A DNA stretch of 64,000 bases from Candidatus Uhrbacteria bacterium (GTDB lineage Bacteria > Patescibacteriota > Patescibacteriia > UBA9934 > GWF2-40-263), in assembly GCA_026395055.1 (NCBI GenBank), contig JAPLZK010000003.1:35855-99854 (forward strand). The letters are read 5' to 3'. Below the pieces are notes generated by a model that searched no databases, was not told the origin of the DNA, and worked only from the letters and a program-made list of their open reading frames with translations. How positions within the stretch are numbered: the first letter of the stretch is position 1; each line of letters starts with the position of its first letter. Shown piece after piece: positions 30,595-40,476 of this stretch. Both the position numbers and the translations under genes were made by a program.

Positions 30595-31719
30595 ATGATG
30601 TTGACCGAGAAAGATCGTAAGAATGCTCCACACAACAGTCATGGTGGCTTGACCCTTGTTCCCATGCCGGGATTTGAGGTGCTCGCAACCGAGCTCAAGA
30701 CGTTGATCGAAGAGAAACACCTATCAAAGGAATCATTACGCGCCAGGAACAAATCGAAATCAAAAAAGATTACGCCTGTCGACATTGCCATTCCATTTTT
30801 CGGTGAACGTCCAAGTGGCGAGCCGTACGTTCAGCTTGGAAAAGATCACATCGGTGGACACGACTGCTTTATTCTCACGAGCGGTCCTGGGACCTGTGAG
30901 ATGACGATGCGGTTGATTTACCTCGTCGGATATCTCGCTTCGCGCAAAGCGGACCGTATCACCATCGTGAGTGGGTATTTTCCGCTCGGACGATCCGACA
31001 AAGATGAGGGTGATAAAGAACTGGCGATGCCGCCGTTTCTCATCCAAGCTATCAAGGGGGTTGATGAAACCAAATTGCTTCATCGCATCATTGCGGCTGA
31101 TCCTCACTCGGATCAAGTGGTGATGGCCGGTGGACGCGGTGGACTTATCACGCCTATTTATCTCACGCAGCTCATTTTGGAGAACGTGGTAAAGCAAGCG
31201 TTGAACGTGTCCGACAAAATCTGTTTGGCATTTCCAGACGATACCGCGGCGAAGCGATTTGAAAAAGTCCTCGCTCCCGTGGAAGAAAAATTGGGAATCA
31301 CGTTTGCGGTCGTTTCGACAGCTGCACGACGTAAATCTGGTAGTGTAAAAAATGTGAAGTACATCGTCGGCGATACAGATCAGATGAAAGACGCACTCGT
31401 TCTTTCTCTCGATGATGAAATCGCAACAGGAACAACGAACATCAACGCTGCGTTGCGGTTCGTGAATGATTTTGGCGCGAAGGAAGTTTGGGCAATCGCA
31501 ACACATGGCGTGCTTTGCGGTGATGCTGTTTCCAGATTTCTGAGTCCCACAAGCCCGATCAAACGGGTCATCATCACGAACACTATTCCGGTCGAATCTC
31601 GACCAGAACTCCAGCCGCTCATTGACGCAGGGATCCTTTCCGTTATCACGTGGACAGAAGAGCTGTCGCTCATCTTGTACTATGATCACTGGAACATGAA
31701 CATTCGAGAGACCCGCTAA
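30595..31719 (+). CDS. prs: Ribose-phosphate pyrophosphokinase (PRPP synthetase), divergent/long form
   Basis: 'RITIVSGYFPLGRSDKDE', 'ADPHSDQ', PRTase loop 'VLSLDDEIATGTT', 'ATHGVLCGDA', 'IITNTIPVE'. Confidence 0.65.
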   Translation: MMLTEKDRKNAPHNSHGGLTLVPMPGFEVLATELKTLIEEKHLSKESLRARNKSKSKKITPVDIAIPFFGERPSGEPYVQLGKDHIGGHDCFILTSGPGTCEMTMRLIYLVGYLASRKADRITIVSGYFPLGRSDKDEGDKELAMPPFLIQAIKGVDETKLLHRIIAADPHSDQVVMAGGRGGLITPIYLTQLILENVVKQALNVSDKICLAFPDDTAAKRFEKVLAPVEEKLGITFAVVSTAARRKSGSVKNVKYIVGDTDQMKDALVLSLDDEIATGTTNINAALRFVNDFGAKEVWAIATHGVLCGDAVSRFLSPTSPIKRVIITNTIPVESRPELQPLIDAGILSVITWTEELSLILYYDHWNMNIRETR

Positions 31720-31787
31720 CCGTCGTCTTCCTAGACGCGGTTTTTTTATTGGGCAAAGAAAAAAAGCGCGTTGGCGCTTTGAGGGAA

Positions 31788-32249
31788 CTATCGAGGGGGA
31801 GTGGAGTCTTCTACGATTTCAAGGAAGGAAAAGGTTTTGCCAGAAAAGGCGTAACCCATCATGACGTCATCCATGCGGTCCGTGTAAGGAAACCCTTGGA
31901 TGCTGAGAAACGTTTGCACGCCCTCCGGTTTGAAACGGACCAACTTTTGATTGATGATCTTCGCTTCGCTCCGAATTTCAACCTTGATTGGGAGTGTACT
32001 GATGGATCGCTCAAACACGAGTGGGTGGGTGATGTGCCAACCTGGCGCGGTCGTGGTCGTCATCTTTCCTGTGACCGTGTCATAGAAGATGCCGATCTCG
32101 TTTGCGCCAACATGGCTCACATCCAACGTGTAAAAAAGACCGAGAAGAATGGACACGATGGTAATGAGATCTGTGAAACAGAAAGAATACGCAGAAGATT
32201 TCATGGGACCCTCCTTTTTTCTCATTGTAGGATGTACGTGTGGAACCAA
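31788..32249 (-). CDS. Hypothetical membrane-anchored protein
   Basis: 153-aa ORF (probable start at MKSS). One TM. Confidence 0.3.
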   Translation of the reverse strand: MVPHVHPTMRKKEGPMKSSAYSFCFTDLITIVSILLGLFYTLDVSHVGANEIGIFYDTVTGKMTTTTAPGWHITHPLVFERSISTLPIKVEIRSEAKIINQKLVRFKPEGVQTFLSIQGFPYTDRMDDVMMGYAFSGKTFSFLEIVEDSTPPR

Positions 32250-32584
32250 TGGGAAATTTCTGCAGACTTGTTATTCCACAGATACACTCCCCACATCAGC
32301 ACATTGCCGATTGTGGCCAAGACGACAAAGTAGATCGTGAAAAGAACGGCGATTTCTTTCAGGGTCCTCGCCATGTAGATGCCTTGCGTAATGCAGGCAA
32401 TCGAGATGAGCATGAGAATCGTTCCTTGCAGATAAGATCCTGCAAGAATGCTCAGAATCAAAATGAGTGCAATGACAACGGCCGGCATATTGCTCCTCCT
32501 TGGTTTCGTAAAACCAAACAAACACCAGTCGATTATTTGGGATCTGTCAACCCATCCTGTATGATAATGGAAATAATCGCTCAT
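32222..32584 (-). CDS. Small polytopic membrane protein
   Basis: 120 aa with three hydrophobic helices. Confidence 0.3.
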   Translation of the reverse strand: MSDYFHYHTGWVDRSQIIDWCLFGFTKPRRSNMPAVVIALILILSILAGSYLQGTILMLISIACITQGIYMARTLKEIAVLFTIYFVVLATIGNVLMWGVYLWNNKSAEISHWFHTYILQ

Positions 32585-32594
32585 ATTTTTTTCT

Positions 32595-32816
32595 ATGAAA
32601 CTTTTTGCACGTAAGCCATCTTTTCTAAAAGTTCTGCGAGAAAGTTTGATGGTACTTATTGCGGCCGTTCTTATCTGGCGGGGGATTTGGGTTCTCTTGG
32701 ATAAATTTGATGAACACTACATGCATGGCAGTCACGTTTGGTCTGCTCTCGCAGGAATTATTGTTGGATGTGCGATGGTATTTTTTGCGGATCGTGATTT
32801 GGAGGATTTGGTGTAG
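32595..32816 (+). CDS. Small membrane protein
   Basis: 73 aa with two hydrophobic helices. Confidence 0.3.
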   Translation: MKLFARKPSFLKVLRESLMVLIAAVLIWRGIWVLLDKFDEHYMHGSHVWSALAGIIVGCAMVFFADRDLEDLV

Positions 32817-32942
32817 AAGGGAAGTTCGTTTGGTCGCAATAAATCCCAGATTCGAATGGGATTTTTTTATTTGATATGAATCTGTACACCTATTTTCATT
32901 TGTGCTAGCGTTATTTTAGGTTCTTTACAACGGAGGTGATTC

Positions 32943-33608
32943 GTGAAAAATCAACCTGTTTTGCTTACGCGTCGATCCGTTCTTCGCATGGTTCCTCTTG
33001 GTGTTGCCGGAACAATCTTGCTTCGTCCGAAGCCAGCAGAAGCCAATATCATCATTGCCATCTTCGAAGTTGGTAGTTATGGAATGGGATCTTTGCTTGG
33101 CGCGGGTCTTGTCATGGGACTGCTCGCTGTCGGAGCGGTGCAGGCCATTGATTATGGTTTGCATGCCGTTTTCGGTAGCGGATCATCTGGATCTGGTGGT
33201 GGAGGTAGTTCATCGCAATATTCCGCTAGCTATCCGAGTGGATGGAAAGCATACACGCCGCCCAAACCGATTGAGATTCGTATCTCCTTCAATCCAACGG
33301 ACAGAATTGCCGGAGATGTGTTGCGGATACGCGCTATCGAACACAACATTCTCAAGAATGACGGCATTGTTCTCCCGCATGGCGGAAGACTCATGATCGA
33401 AGAAGATGGGACGATGCGTTTCGCGGATACAAAATTTCGCGGATACGCGCGTATGCAAAACAATGGTGACTTGTCCGTTTGGACACCGGAACATCAGCAC
33501 GTCCTTTCGCGATCTCCGCGTGAGGGCAAATTTCACAACCTTCATCATGATTCAGACGGCGGTCGAATCGCCCTGACTTCATTGCTGGGAGAGATCAAAC
33601 ATGCGTAG
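32943..33608 (+). CDS. Secreted Gly/Ser-rich protein with twin-arginine-like signal
   Basis: 'LTRRSVLRMVPLGVAGTILL…AEA' signal and a GSGSSGSGGGGSS linker. Confidence 0.45.
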   Translation: MKNQPVLLTRRSVLRMVPLGVAGTILLRPKPAEANIIIAIFEVGSYGMGSLLGAGLVMGLLAVGAVQAIDYGLHAVFGSGSSGSGGGGSSSQYSASYPSGWKAYTPPKPIEIRISFNPTDRIAGDVLRIRAIEHNILKNDGIVLPHGGRLMIEEDGTMRFADTKFRGYARMQNNGDLSVWTPEHQHVLSRSPREGKFHNLHHDSDGGRIALTSLLGEIKHA

Positions 33609-34401
33609 GAATACACGTTCGATCTGTCTTGTGTTCATGGCAGGTGTTCTCGCAACCTCATTCGTTGAGGCACAAGAAAAACCGACCATAGACAAATTGC
33701 AAACGGAAGAGCGCAAAGAAACGGTCAAGACGCTTCAAGCATTCATGCATCAAATCTGGGATCTGGATCGAGATGTGCAAGACAAGCTCTTGCGTGCACG
33801 CTTCTTGAATGCAAGTCTCACGTTCGCTTTCGCTGATGCGAAGAAACTCCAAAATGACGAATGGGCGGGTGGAGGAGATGCAAAAAGCGATCTTGAAACA
33901 GGAGAAAAATGGTGGACACTCACAAGCACTGTTGTGCACTGCACGGACAGAAGCTGGTCTTCTGAGAATGGTGGCACAAAAAGCTGCCATTCCTATCTAG
34001 ACTCAAAGCTTGTTGTTGATGTTTGGCCGGATGCCGACATGCTTGATTGGATGAAAAAGCGCGATGAGTACACGGGCTATTCGAAGGATGAGATAGGAGA
34101 TGACGCCCTCACCCTAGATTTATCTGGGAAAATTTATAACGTTCGACTGAAGATTACGAGCAACTGTGATGACGCAGATTTTGAGGGTTGTAGACCAAAT
34201 GCAAGAACGTTGACGCTTACCGTTACTATGCATTCAATCACACCGACAGAATTCAAAATCGACACGGCTCGGAATTCGTTCCTTCACGGAACGGTACGCG
34301 TCCTTGCAAATTATCTTATGGATGCAACCACCAAATGGGTGAATTACTTGATGGGAAAAGGGAATCGGCCTGACCGGATCTTTTCAAAAGAGAAACCTTA
34401 G
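33601..34401 (+). CDS. Secreted hypothetical protein
   Basis: Signal peptide 'ICLVFMAGVLATSFVEAQEKP'. 4-nt overlap with the upstream gene (operon). Confidence 0.45.
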   Translation: MRRNTRSICLVFMAGVLATSFVEAQEKPTIDKLQTEERKETVKTLQAFMHQIWDLDRDVQDKLLRARFLNASLTFAFADAKKLQNDEWAGGGDAKSDLETGEKWWTLTSTVVHCTDRSWSSENGGTKSCHSYLDSKLVVDVWPDADMLDWMKKRDEYTGYSKDEIGDDALTLDLSGKIYNVRLKITSNCDDADFEGCRPNARTLTLTVTMHSITPTEFKIDTARNSFLHGTVRVLANYLMDATTKWVNYLMGKGNRPDRIFSKEKP

Positions 34402-34521
34402 CCTTGTTCCTGAACAAAGAAAACCTTGAGCGATTGCTCGGTTCGATTTGTTCAGGATTTTTTATTTTGTTCTAAACAAAAAGATCCGAATAAAATCGGA
34501 TCTTTTCTTTCTAAGTAAAAA

Positions 34522-34980
34522 TTACTTTGTTGCTTTTGCAGCTGTCTTACATGTTTTTTCTGTCGTAAGTGCTGTTTTCTTTGTTGAAGACTTTAACGCC
34601 AATGCTGCTTTCTTTGCTTCAGCTCTTGATGTGAACGCCGCTTTTTTTGCATCTGTCTTTGCTTTCATGGCATCTGCCATTGCTGTTTTCTTTGCAACTT
34701 TGTCTGTTAATGCTTTTGCATTTGTGACAGCTGATTTATATGTTGTGTCTGCTGCTTTTATTGCGTCTGTGTAAGCCGTGTTTGTTACCTTTACTGTGTC
34801 TGCATATGTTGTACTTGCTGCCTTAACAGCGTCTGTGTATGTAGCTGTACATGCAGCAACGGCTGGATTTGGTGCTGCCTTTGTTTTTGCTGGAGCGCCT
34901 GTTGCAGCAAAAGTGGCAAGAGGGAGAATAAGAGCTGTTGTGACCGCGGAAAGCAGCGCGAATTTGATCTTGTTGTTCAT
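34522..34980 (-). CDS. Secreted low-complexity Ala/Thr/Lys-rich repeat protein
   Basis: Signal peptide plus repeats 'YTDAVKAASTTYADTVKVTNTAYTDAIKAADTTYKSAV'. Flanked by terminators 34406–34465 and 34478–34510. Confidence 0.5.
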   Translation of the reverse strand: MNNKIKFALLSAVTTALILPLATFAATGAPAKTKAAPNPAVAACTATYTDAVKAASTTYADTVKVTNTAYTDAIKAADTTYKSAVTNAKALTDKVAKKTAMADAMKAKTDAKKAAFTSRAEAKKAALALKSSTKKTALTTEKTCKTAAKATK

Positions 34981-35154
34981 ACAATTTTATGAATAATGAA
35001 TATGCATAAGTATATCAGGTATTCAAATGCAGGAAGTGCAACGTTTTTTATTCTAAAAAAACGTTTAAATTAAGCTATTTTATATAGATAAAGTAAAAAT
35101 GCTGTGTTGGCATTTTTTTTCATTCATTAGGAACAGAATGCTTTTATGCGTGTA

Positions 35155-35469
35155 TTAAAGCAGAGACATCGCCTTCTGAAATTCTTCCTCTGTTGCGAGC
35201 GGGCCTTCTAAACGACCAAATGGATGTGATTGCCAGTACGGCAAGGTATTCATGTTCTTTCTTGTTAAGCGTTCTGCAAGATCCTGATCTCCATGAGTAA
35301 CTTCTGAAAGAAAAAATTGTACTCCACCTTCAAAAATTTCTTCTCCAGGTTTGATGGCCCCTTCATGTGAATCGAACACACACACAAATCCTTCTGGGGT
35401 TTCAAATGCAATGTCGTTTGTATGAGCGCCTTCAAGCGGCATGCCACAGGTCATACAGGATTTCATCAT
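35155..35469 (-). CDS. Hypothetical Cys-containing small protein (possible zinc ribbon 'CMTCGMP')
   Basis: 104-aa ORF. Confidence 0.3.
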   Translation of the reverse strand: MMKSCMTCGMPLEGAHTNDIAFETPEGFVCVFDSHEGAIKPGEEIFEGGVQFFLSEVTHGDQDLAERLTRKNMNTLPYWQSHPFGRLEGPLATEEEFQKAMSLL

Positions 35470-35474
35470 ACGTG

Positions 35475-35888
35475 TTATTTCCAGATACTAAGGATGATTC
35501 CCATTGCACCGAGTTGAAGAAGTGTGCTGCCGCATTCGAATAACCAAAGTTTTATATTTCGTTTCATCCAGATCACTTCATTCGAAGAAGAAGTCACGAT
35601 AAATCCAATCCACATCCATGCAGCAACAATCAAACCTTTGTACCAAGCAATCTCTCCCATGGCTTGTGAAGAGAAAGCCATCCAGAGAACTCCGGCTAAG
35701 ACAAATGCCGCGACAAGGTTCGCGATAAAGTTCCAGGTCATTTGAGGGATCATGTCGGATAATTTTTCTTTTCCTGTTGGGTGTACGTTTGCTAATTTCA
35801 TCCACGTTTTTCCAAAGAGGGGACCGTGCATTAAAAATCCAATGACAAACATGGTGGCAGCTGCGACGAAGATGGCGTAGAGATTCAT
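35475..35888 (-). CDS. DUF1761-like membrane protein
   Basis: Four TM helices and a 'HGPLFGKTWMKL' N-terminus. Confidence 0.35.
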   Translation of the reverse strand: MNLYAIFVAAATMFVIGFLMHGPLFGKTWMKLANVHPTGKEKLSDMIPQMTWNFIANLVAAFVLAGVLWMAFSSQAMGEIAWYKGLIVAAWMWIGFIVTSSSNEVIWMKRNIKLWLFECGSTLLQLGAMGIILSIWK

Positions 35889-35897
35889 AACGTGGGA

Positions 35898-36263
35898 TTA
35901 AAAGCTAAATAAGAGATATGAAGAGCGTTTTGATTTACCAAGGAGATCATGCATCAAGGATGCAAGAAGAGACCAGTAAAGAGCGAAGCCGAATCCGATG
36001 AAGGGAGGTGGTGGGTCATAGTCCGGTGCCTGTCTCAAATATTTGATCATGGGCAACAGTGGTCCGATCAAAATTATTTTAATCGGCAAAATGATTATGG
36101 ATACCGTATTTTTCCAAGCGACGGGTGATCCCAAACCTAGAAATGATTCTCCGTGCGCGGGAAAGCCCCTGACTTCTGATCCTAAAATCGAGTTCGTGAT
36201 GAACTGAAAAGTGAATGCGGAAATGAGAAAGAGAATGATGAATTTCTTTCTTGAAATATTCAT
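35898..36263 (-). CDS. Small membrane protein
   Basis: 121 aa with TM helices. Confidence 0.3.
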   Translation of the reverse strand: MNISRKKFIILFLISAFTFQFITNSILGSEVRGFPAHGESFLGLGSPVAWKNTVSIIILPIKIILIGPLLPMIKYLRQAPDYDPPPPFIGFGFALYWSLLASLMHDLLGKSKRSSYLLFSF

Positions 36264-36411
36264 ATCTATCCAACGTTAGGATGTGACTTGTGGGGTAAGT
36301 ATACCAGTTTCCATCCTCGTTTGGGTATGATAATAATTTTGAACAAACCATTGGTTTTTTTGTACGGCTCCGATGCGGCTTCTCGAAACGCTTAATGTAT
36401 TAGCAAATAAA

Positions 36412-37008
36412 TTAAATCATTTCCATTCTATAATCCACATCTGTCATTTTAACGTAATGAAATTTGTCTCCGTACGTTTCCATAACGGAATCATTCTCTT
36501 TTGCGTGCAATGGATAATGTGGCAACACGATATAATCAACGAGACCAAAACACGTTGGGTCAGATAAAACGAAACCGGCAGGTAATTCAACAGAGTCTTC
36601 TTCGACAAACGGTTCTGCGCTTGGACCCGCAAGAAGAGATCCGGCACTTGAACCGATATACATTTTCCCTTGATGTAAAAGTGAACGAATAATGTTATGC
36701 AATCCGGAACGATGAGATTGTTCTGTGAGATATGTCGTATTTCCACCTGCGACAAAAATAATGTCGGCCGAGGCTAAATCTTTTTTCAACTCTTCTTCAT
36801 TTCTATTTTCCAAATCAACATCTGTAACCTCGTACCCAAGTCCAACCAAAGCTTCTCGATCTTTTTCAACCCACGGATGTTCTGTATATGGATTTGAAGC
36901 GGTAGGGATAAACGCAACAAGGGCGTGTTTCGGCAATAGCGCATTGTCAAAAAGTTTCTTTGCGATTGTATTAAAGCTCGAGGTGAGAATGAGATTTGGG
37001 ATTGACAT
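36412..37008 (-). CDS. pepE: Peptidase S51 family (dipeptidase E/cyanophycinase-like)
   Basis: 'IIFVAGGNTTYL', nucleophile elbow 'YIGSSAGS', His in 'VLPHY'. Confidence 0.65.
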   Translation of the reverse strand: MSIPNLILTSSFNTIAKKLFDNALLPKHALVAFIPTASNPYTEHPWVEKDREALVGLGYEVTDVDLENRNEEELKKDLASADIIFVAGGNTTYLTEQSHRSGLHNIIRSLLHQGKMYIGSSAGSLLAGPSAEPFVEEDSVELPAGFVLSDPTCFGLVDYIVLPHYPLHAKENDSVMETYGDKFHYVKMTDVDYRMEMI

Positions 37009-37055
37009 AGGATTCTAGTATAGCAAAAAAACGCAGGGGTGTTTCATTGTGTTTA

Positions 37056-37233
37056 GAGGGTGGGGGATTGCCACGCTCTCGAAAGCCAATGGCCGATCAG
37101 GGCTTTCTCCGCTCGGCAAATCCCCACCCTCGCAAATTGTCGCGATGGTCGATAGACGACAATTTGAACAAACCTTCGGTTTGCGAGCCATACAAAAAAC
37201 TCTAGTCGAAACTAGAGTTTTTTGTATGGCTCG
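37056..37233. repeat. Two large palindromes upstream of pepE at the island junction: a 16-bp-stem nested cruciform (37056–37131) and a perfect 23-bp-stem hairpin (37184–37233)
   Basis: GAGGGTGGGGGATTGCC…GGCAAATCCCCACCCTC encloses GAAAGCC…GGCTTTC. CGAGCCATACAAAAAACTCTAGT-cgaa-ACTAGAGTTTTTTGTATGGCTCG has its right arm overlapping the first 7 nt of the left direct repeat. Confidence 0.6.
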
Positions 37234-37294
37234 GAGTCCGGGAACAAGTGACAACCGTAATTGAAAGGAGTTTATCGACCGCTAATGATGCCCT
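37227..37294. repeat. Left 68-bp direct repeat (putative attL)
   Basis: 68/68 identity with 42289–42356. Confidence 0.8.
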
Positions 37295-37417
37295 GCCCAT
37301 CGTTGCGCTTTCCCGGGAAGGCGAAGAAGAGTGCGGGAGATTGCACCACGCGCGAATCCTGAGTGGGTATCTCTGGCTCAGTGGTCACAAAAAGACCTCT
37401 GATGGGGGATATCTGAC

Positions 37418-37639
37418 ATGAAGCTTTACGTGCCGTTCGCTACCTTTGCGACAACCGCATTTGTCTCGTTTCTTTTTTCGTCGTACATCCTTATCTACTA
37501 CGTTGTCCCTGCGCATGATTTGGAAGTAATCATGAAGGCTTCAACCGCCAGTGTCGTATTCGCACTCTTCGGCGTTGCCGTCGTCGGAATGACGAAATGG
37601 ACCCGTATTCCGGTACTTCCCCGAATGCTGAAACTCTAG
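37418..37639 (+). CDS. Small membrane protein (island cargo)
   Basis: 73 aa with two TM helices. Confidence 0.3.
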   Translation: MKLYVPFATFATTAFVSFLFSSYILIYYVVPAHDLEVIMKASTASVVFALFGVAVVGMTKWTRIPVLPRMLKL

Positions 37640-37861
37640 AAAGAGCGCATTCTTCAGGCTCCACCCAATCTGGCAAGATTGGGTGTTTTTGTTGCATCTG
37701 AGCTTTCGGTCTAGAGGCTACACAACAAATTTGCCGAAGCTACTGTTCCGCAAAGAATCCCCACGTATTCACTCAGTCGAACTTGGCGATAGGGGTCCTT
37801 GTGGCCGTGCCCTTGGAGGTGGTGTTCTATCCGTCGGAGCCCCGGCCGGCCCGGTCGGCGA

Positions 37862-38539
37862 ATGACATATTGTATCGCTATTCAGCGTTCCTCGGAACTT
37901 CTCGTCGTCAAGTTCCATCGATACTCGAAAAGCAGCAAACGTGCCAAACACGAGTGCTACTACGGCCCCCAAGAGGGCCACGTAGACGGCACATCCCCAC
38001 TTGCGAAGCAGTTGACCCTTGAACCGGAATCGGACTGTCTCATCGGCATCGCAACCGCGCGGCTTGACGCGGTTGACCAGCGGAACCCGAACCAGACCTT
38101 GACTCTCGCCACGCCGTACTTGCTGCAGGAAACGGCGATGGCGCATCAACGCGATTTGCCCTTTATCATCTTCAAGGCCGAAGGCGTCCACCTTCAGGGC
38201 GTAACCGCCCGGAACATCTACATCCCGATCCAGAAATCGGTCGGACCATCCGGGGGACTGCTTCTGGCGAGTGGCACTGACCACGCTGTCGCGCGGGCTG
38301 CGCTCGACAACCTGCTGCAGGAAGCTCTGGCGCGCAAGAAGCGGCGCGAAAGCAGTGATTTCTGGAACAAGATGAAGAACCTCGGCCTTGGGATTGCCGC
38401 AGTTGGGGCTGGAATCACGGCACTGGATGTTTACGGTCGGCCAGATTGCTTTGGCGGCTTCTACTACAACGACTCCGAATGCAAAGCCTGCGGGTACCGA
38501 TTGAAATGTAAAGGGAAAAAGGCGGAAGACGGCAGGTAG
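37862..38539 (+). CDS. Hypothetical protein (island cargo), Cys-rich C-terminus 'CFGGFYYNDSECKACGYRLKCKGK'
   Basis: The + frame has GC3 of about 75% over 38040–38540. Overlaps an antisense ORF (37769..38743). Start uncertain (37799 or 37862). Confidence 0.35.
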   Translation: MTYCIAIQRSSELLVVKFHRYSKSSKRAKHECYYGPQEGHVDGTSPLAKQLTLEPESDCLIGIATARLDAVDQRNPNQTLTLATPYLLQETAMAHQRDLPFIIFKAEGVHLQGVTARNIYIPIQKSVGPSGGLLLASGTDHAVARAALDNLLQEALARKKRRESSDFWNKMKNLGLGIAAVGAGITALDVYGRPDCFGGFYYNDSECKACGYRLKCKGKKAEDGR

Positions 38540-38784
38540 CAACACTGCATGAATGGCGCCGGGAGGGGCTGCATACGCAATCGCCGGCGGGAAAGCTATG
38601 GCGTTGGCTCCACGATATGCGAACATTTGCCCGGGGAAATACTGAACGCTTCGGTGTGTACCGGGACTTGACAAGCGATCGGTGTTGATCCAAATCGCAG
38701 TTGCGAGTTGCCAACGGCGGTCGCTGTGGAAAATCTGCTCCACTTCTTTGAAGGATTGCTGTAGAATGTCAAGCGGGGCACTTA

Positions 38785-40257
38785 ATGGAATTCAATGAAA
38801 TTCAAGTTGTTCCCCTGACAACCCAAGGGCAATGGAGCCAACTCAGGACTGCATGTCCGATGTTGACTTCATGGGGGCTGAAATTCCTTCAGCAAGGACT
38901 TGCTGACCATGTGAGAACTGCGGTAGTTGAGCGGCGTTATGTGTGCAAAGACCATCGGAATCTTCATAGCAATTTCTACTCAAAGAAATTCCAGATGCGG
39001 CAAGAGCCGTGCTCTCGCATCCACTTCTTCACCGAGAAGTTAAGTGACGAGTTTGACGTCTATGCTCCAACGGAGGAATTCTCGGCCGGATACGTTGGCT
39101 ACTCGGTCATTCGACCTGTGACGGAACGGTGCATCGGCAGAACGGTTCTTGACCCTTGGCTAATCGGCCGCGGCCCGAGTTCCGGTCACTTCATGCTCAG
39201 AACCGGTTTCAGGTCACATATCAACGGCACGCGCTTCAATGTCAGCGGATTTCCGATGATGTCGCAGGATTCCGAAGCAACGGTTTGTGCGCACTCAGCT
39301 CTTTGGAGCGTTTGTCGGTATCTATCGGAAAGGTACCCAGAGTATCCTGAGATCTATCCCTATGATCTCATTGATATGACGCAGGACGTCTCGCAAGGTC
39401 GACGTGTTCCTTATCGCGGTATGACCTACCGGGACTACGCAACAATCCTAAGTCAATTTGGCTGTCACCCGGTGGTTGTAAAGACTCGGGCAAGCACATT
39501 GGATACTACTTTGATCGAAGAAAAGTACCAGGATCTTTGCACATACGTAGAGTCAGGATTTCCGATTCTAGCAAGTCATCCCCGTCACGTTGTGGTAGCG
39601 ATTGGCCATACTCTCGATAAGTCCGCGACCCCGAAGCCTGATGGCGAGGGTCTCGTGAGCAGTTCAGAGTTTCTAAAGCAGTTCGTAGTAGTTGACGATA
39701 ACGCATTCCCGTATCGGCTGCTCGGTCGAGCCGCCGACCCGATGAACTACAGCAAGAAGTACTCGATCGAAACCATTCATTCGGCGGTTTGCCCGCTACC
39801 AGAGTTGGTGTTCCTTCCCGCAGAGGGTGCACGAAGGGCTGCGAAAAGCATACTGAGGCAGCTCCGAACTGAGTTCGGAGCAGCTCTCCTAGACGGCGAA
39901 GATGAGCCGTTGGTGACGCGACTGTTCTTGACAAACGCCTCTGCACTTCAGCGACGTCGCCGAGAGAAGGCGGGCATTGGTCCCACGTTCGACGAGGCAG
40001 TCTTGATTACGACGCGCATCCAACTTCCGCACTTTGTTTGGGTGATGGAAGTTGGCCCCATGTCGCTGTACAAACAAGGCTACTGCACCGCGGAGATTGT
40101 CCTTGATTCGACAGCGAACGAGCGTGAGGAATGCTTGATCTACGCTAGAGTCGGCTCAAATCTCGTGTGGTCGACGGACGGAGAATCGCTCTCAAAACCA
40201 ATTGTTAACGGCCACAGCCGAATTCATCAATACACCCACAACCTAGGAGAACACTAG
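38785..40257 (+). CDS. Hypothetical 490-aa protein with putative papain-fold (peptidase C39-like) Cys…His signature
   Basis: 'EATVCAHSALWSVCRYL' (Cys at a helix N-terminus) and about 95 aa later 'RHVVVAIGHTLD' (His on a β-strand), as in C39/BtrH-like peptidases. Assignment by motif only. Confidence 0.4.
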   Translation: MEFNEIQVVPLTTQGQWSQLRTACPMLTSWGLKFLQQGLADHVRTAVVERRYVCKDHRNLHSNFYSKKFQMRQEPCSRIHFFTEKLSDEFDVYAPTEEFSAGYVGYSVIRPVTERCIGRTVLDPWLIGRGPSSGHFMLRTGFRSHINGTRFNVSGFPMMSQDSEATVCAHSALWSVCRYLSERYPEYPEIYPYDLIDMTQDVSQGRRVPYRGMTYRDYATILSQFGCHPVVVKTRASTLDTTLIEEKYQDLCTYVESGFPILASHPRHVVVAIGHTLDKSATPKPDGEGLVSSSEFLKQFVVVDDNAFPYRLLGRAADPMNYSKKYSIETIHSAVCPLPELVFLPAEGARRAAKSILRQLRTEFGAALLDGEDEPLVTRLFLTNASALQRRRREKAGIGPTFDEAVLITTRIQLPHFVWVMEVGPMSLYKQGYCTAEIVLDSTANEREECLIYARVGSNLVWSTDGESLSKPIVNGHSRIHQYTHNLGEH

Positions 40258-40476
40258 ATGGAAAAAAAGCCTGGCGTCGCGACTAATCCACCTGTGCGCC
40301 GCTCGCTGCCGAATCTCAAGGAGTTCGTCGCCGACGCGAAGAGTACCCCCATTCTTGCGAATGCAATTGCAGAACTGCGAGCGCTCGATGAAGAGGAAGG
40401 TACGACCCCCGTTCAACGCTACAACACTGACTGGGCGATTCTCGCTAATGAAATTGTTGGCCAAGAGACGGTATAA
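40258..40476 (+). CDS. Small hypothetical protein co-transcribed with the 490-aa gene; followed by terminator 40496–40533
   Basis: ATG immediately after the upstream stop. 72 aa. Hairpin aaccgac…gtcggtt + T7 downstream. Confidence 0.35.
   Translation: MEKKPGVATNPPVRRSLPNLKEFVADAKSTPILANAIAELRALDEEEGTTPVQRYNTDWAILANEIVGQETV

Noticed and set aside
37227-37294. The 68-bp island repeat as a tRNA/tmRNA 3' end (typical integration target)
   Set aside because: Its reverse complement ends …CTCCGAGCCAT, superficially like an acceptor stem + CCA, but no T-stem/T-loop (GTTCGAATC-like) can be formed, and no upstream tRNA body exists. Not a tRNA fragment.
37769-38743. 324-aa minus-strand ORF overlapping the + strand 37799..38539 ORF in the island
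   Set aside because: Third-position GC is much higher in the + frame over 38040–38540 (about 75%), and the minus translation is Arg/Ser/Pro-rich. The + strand is preferred, although the 37860–37990 stretch remains ambiguous.
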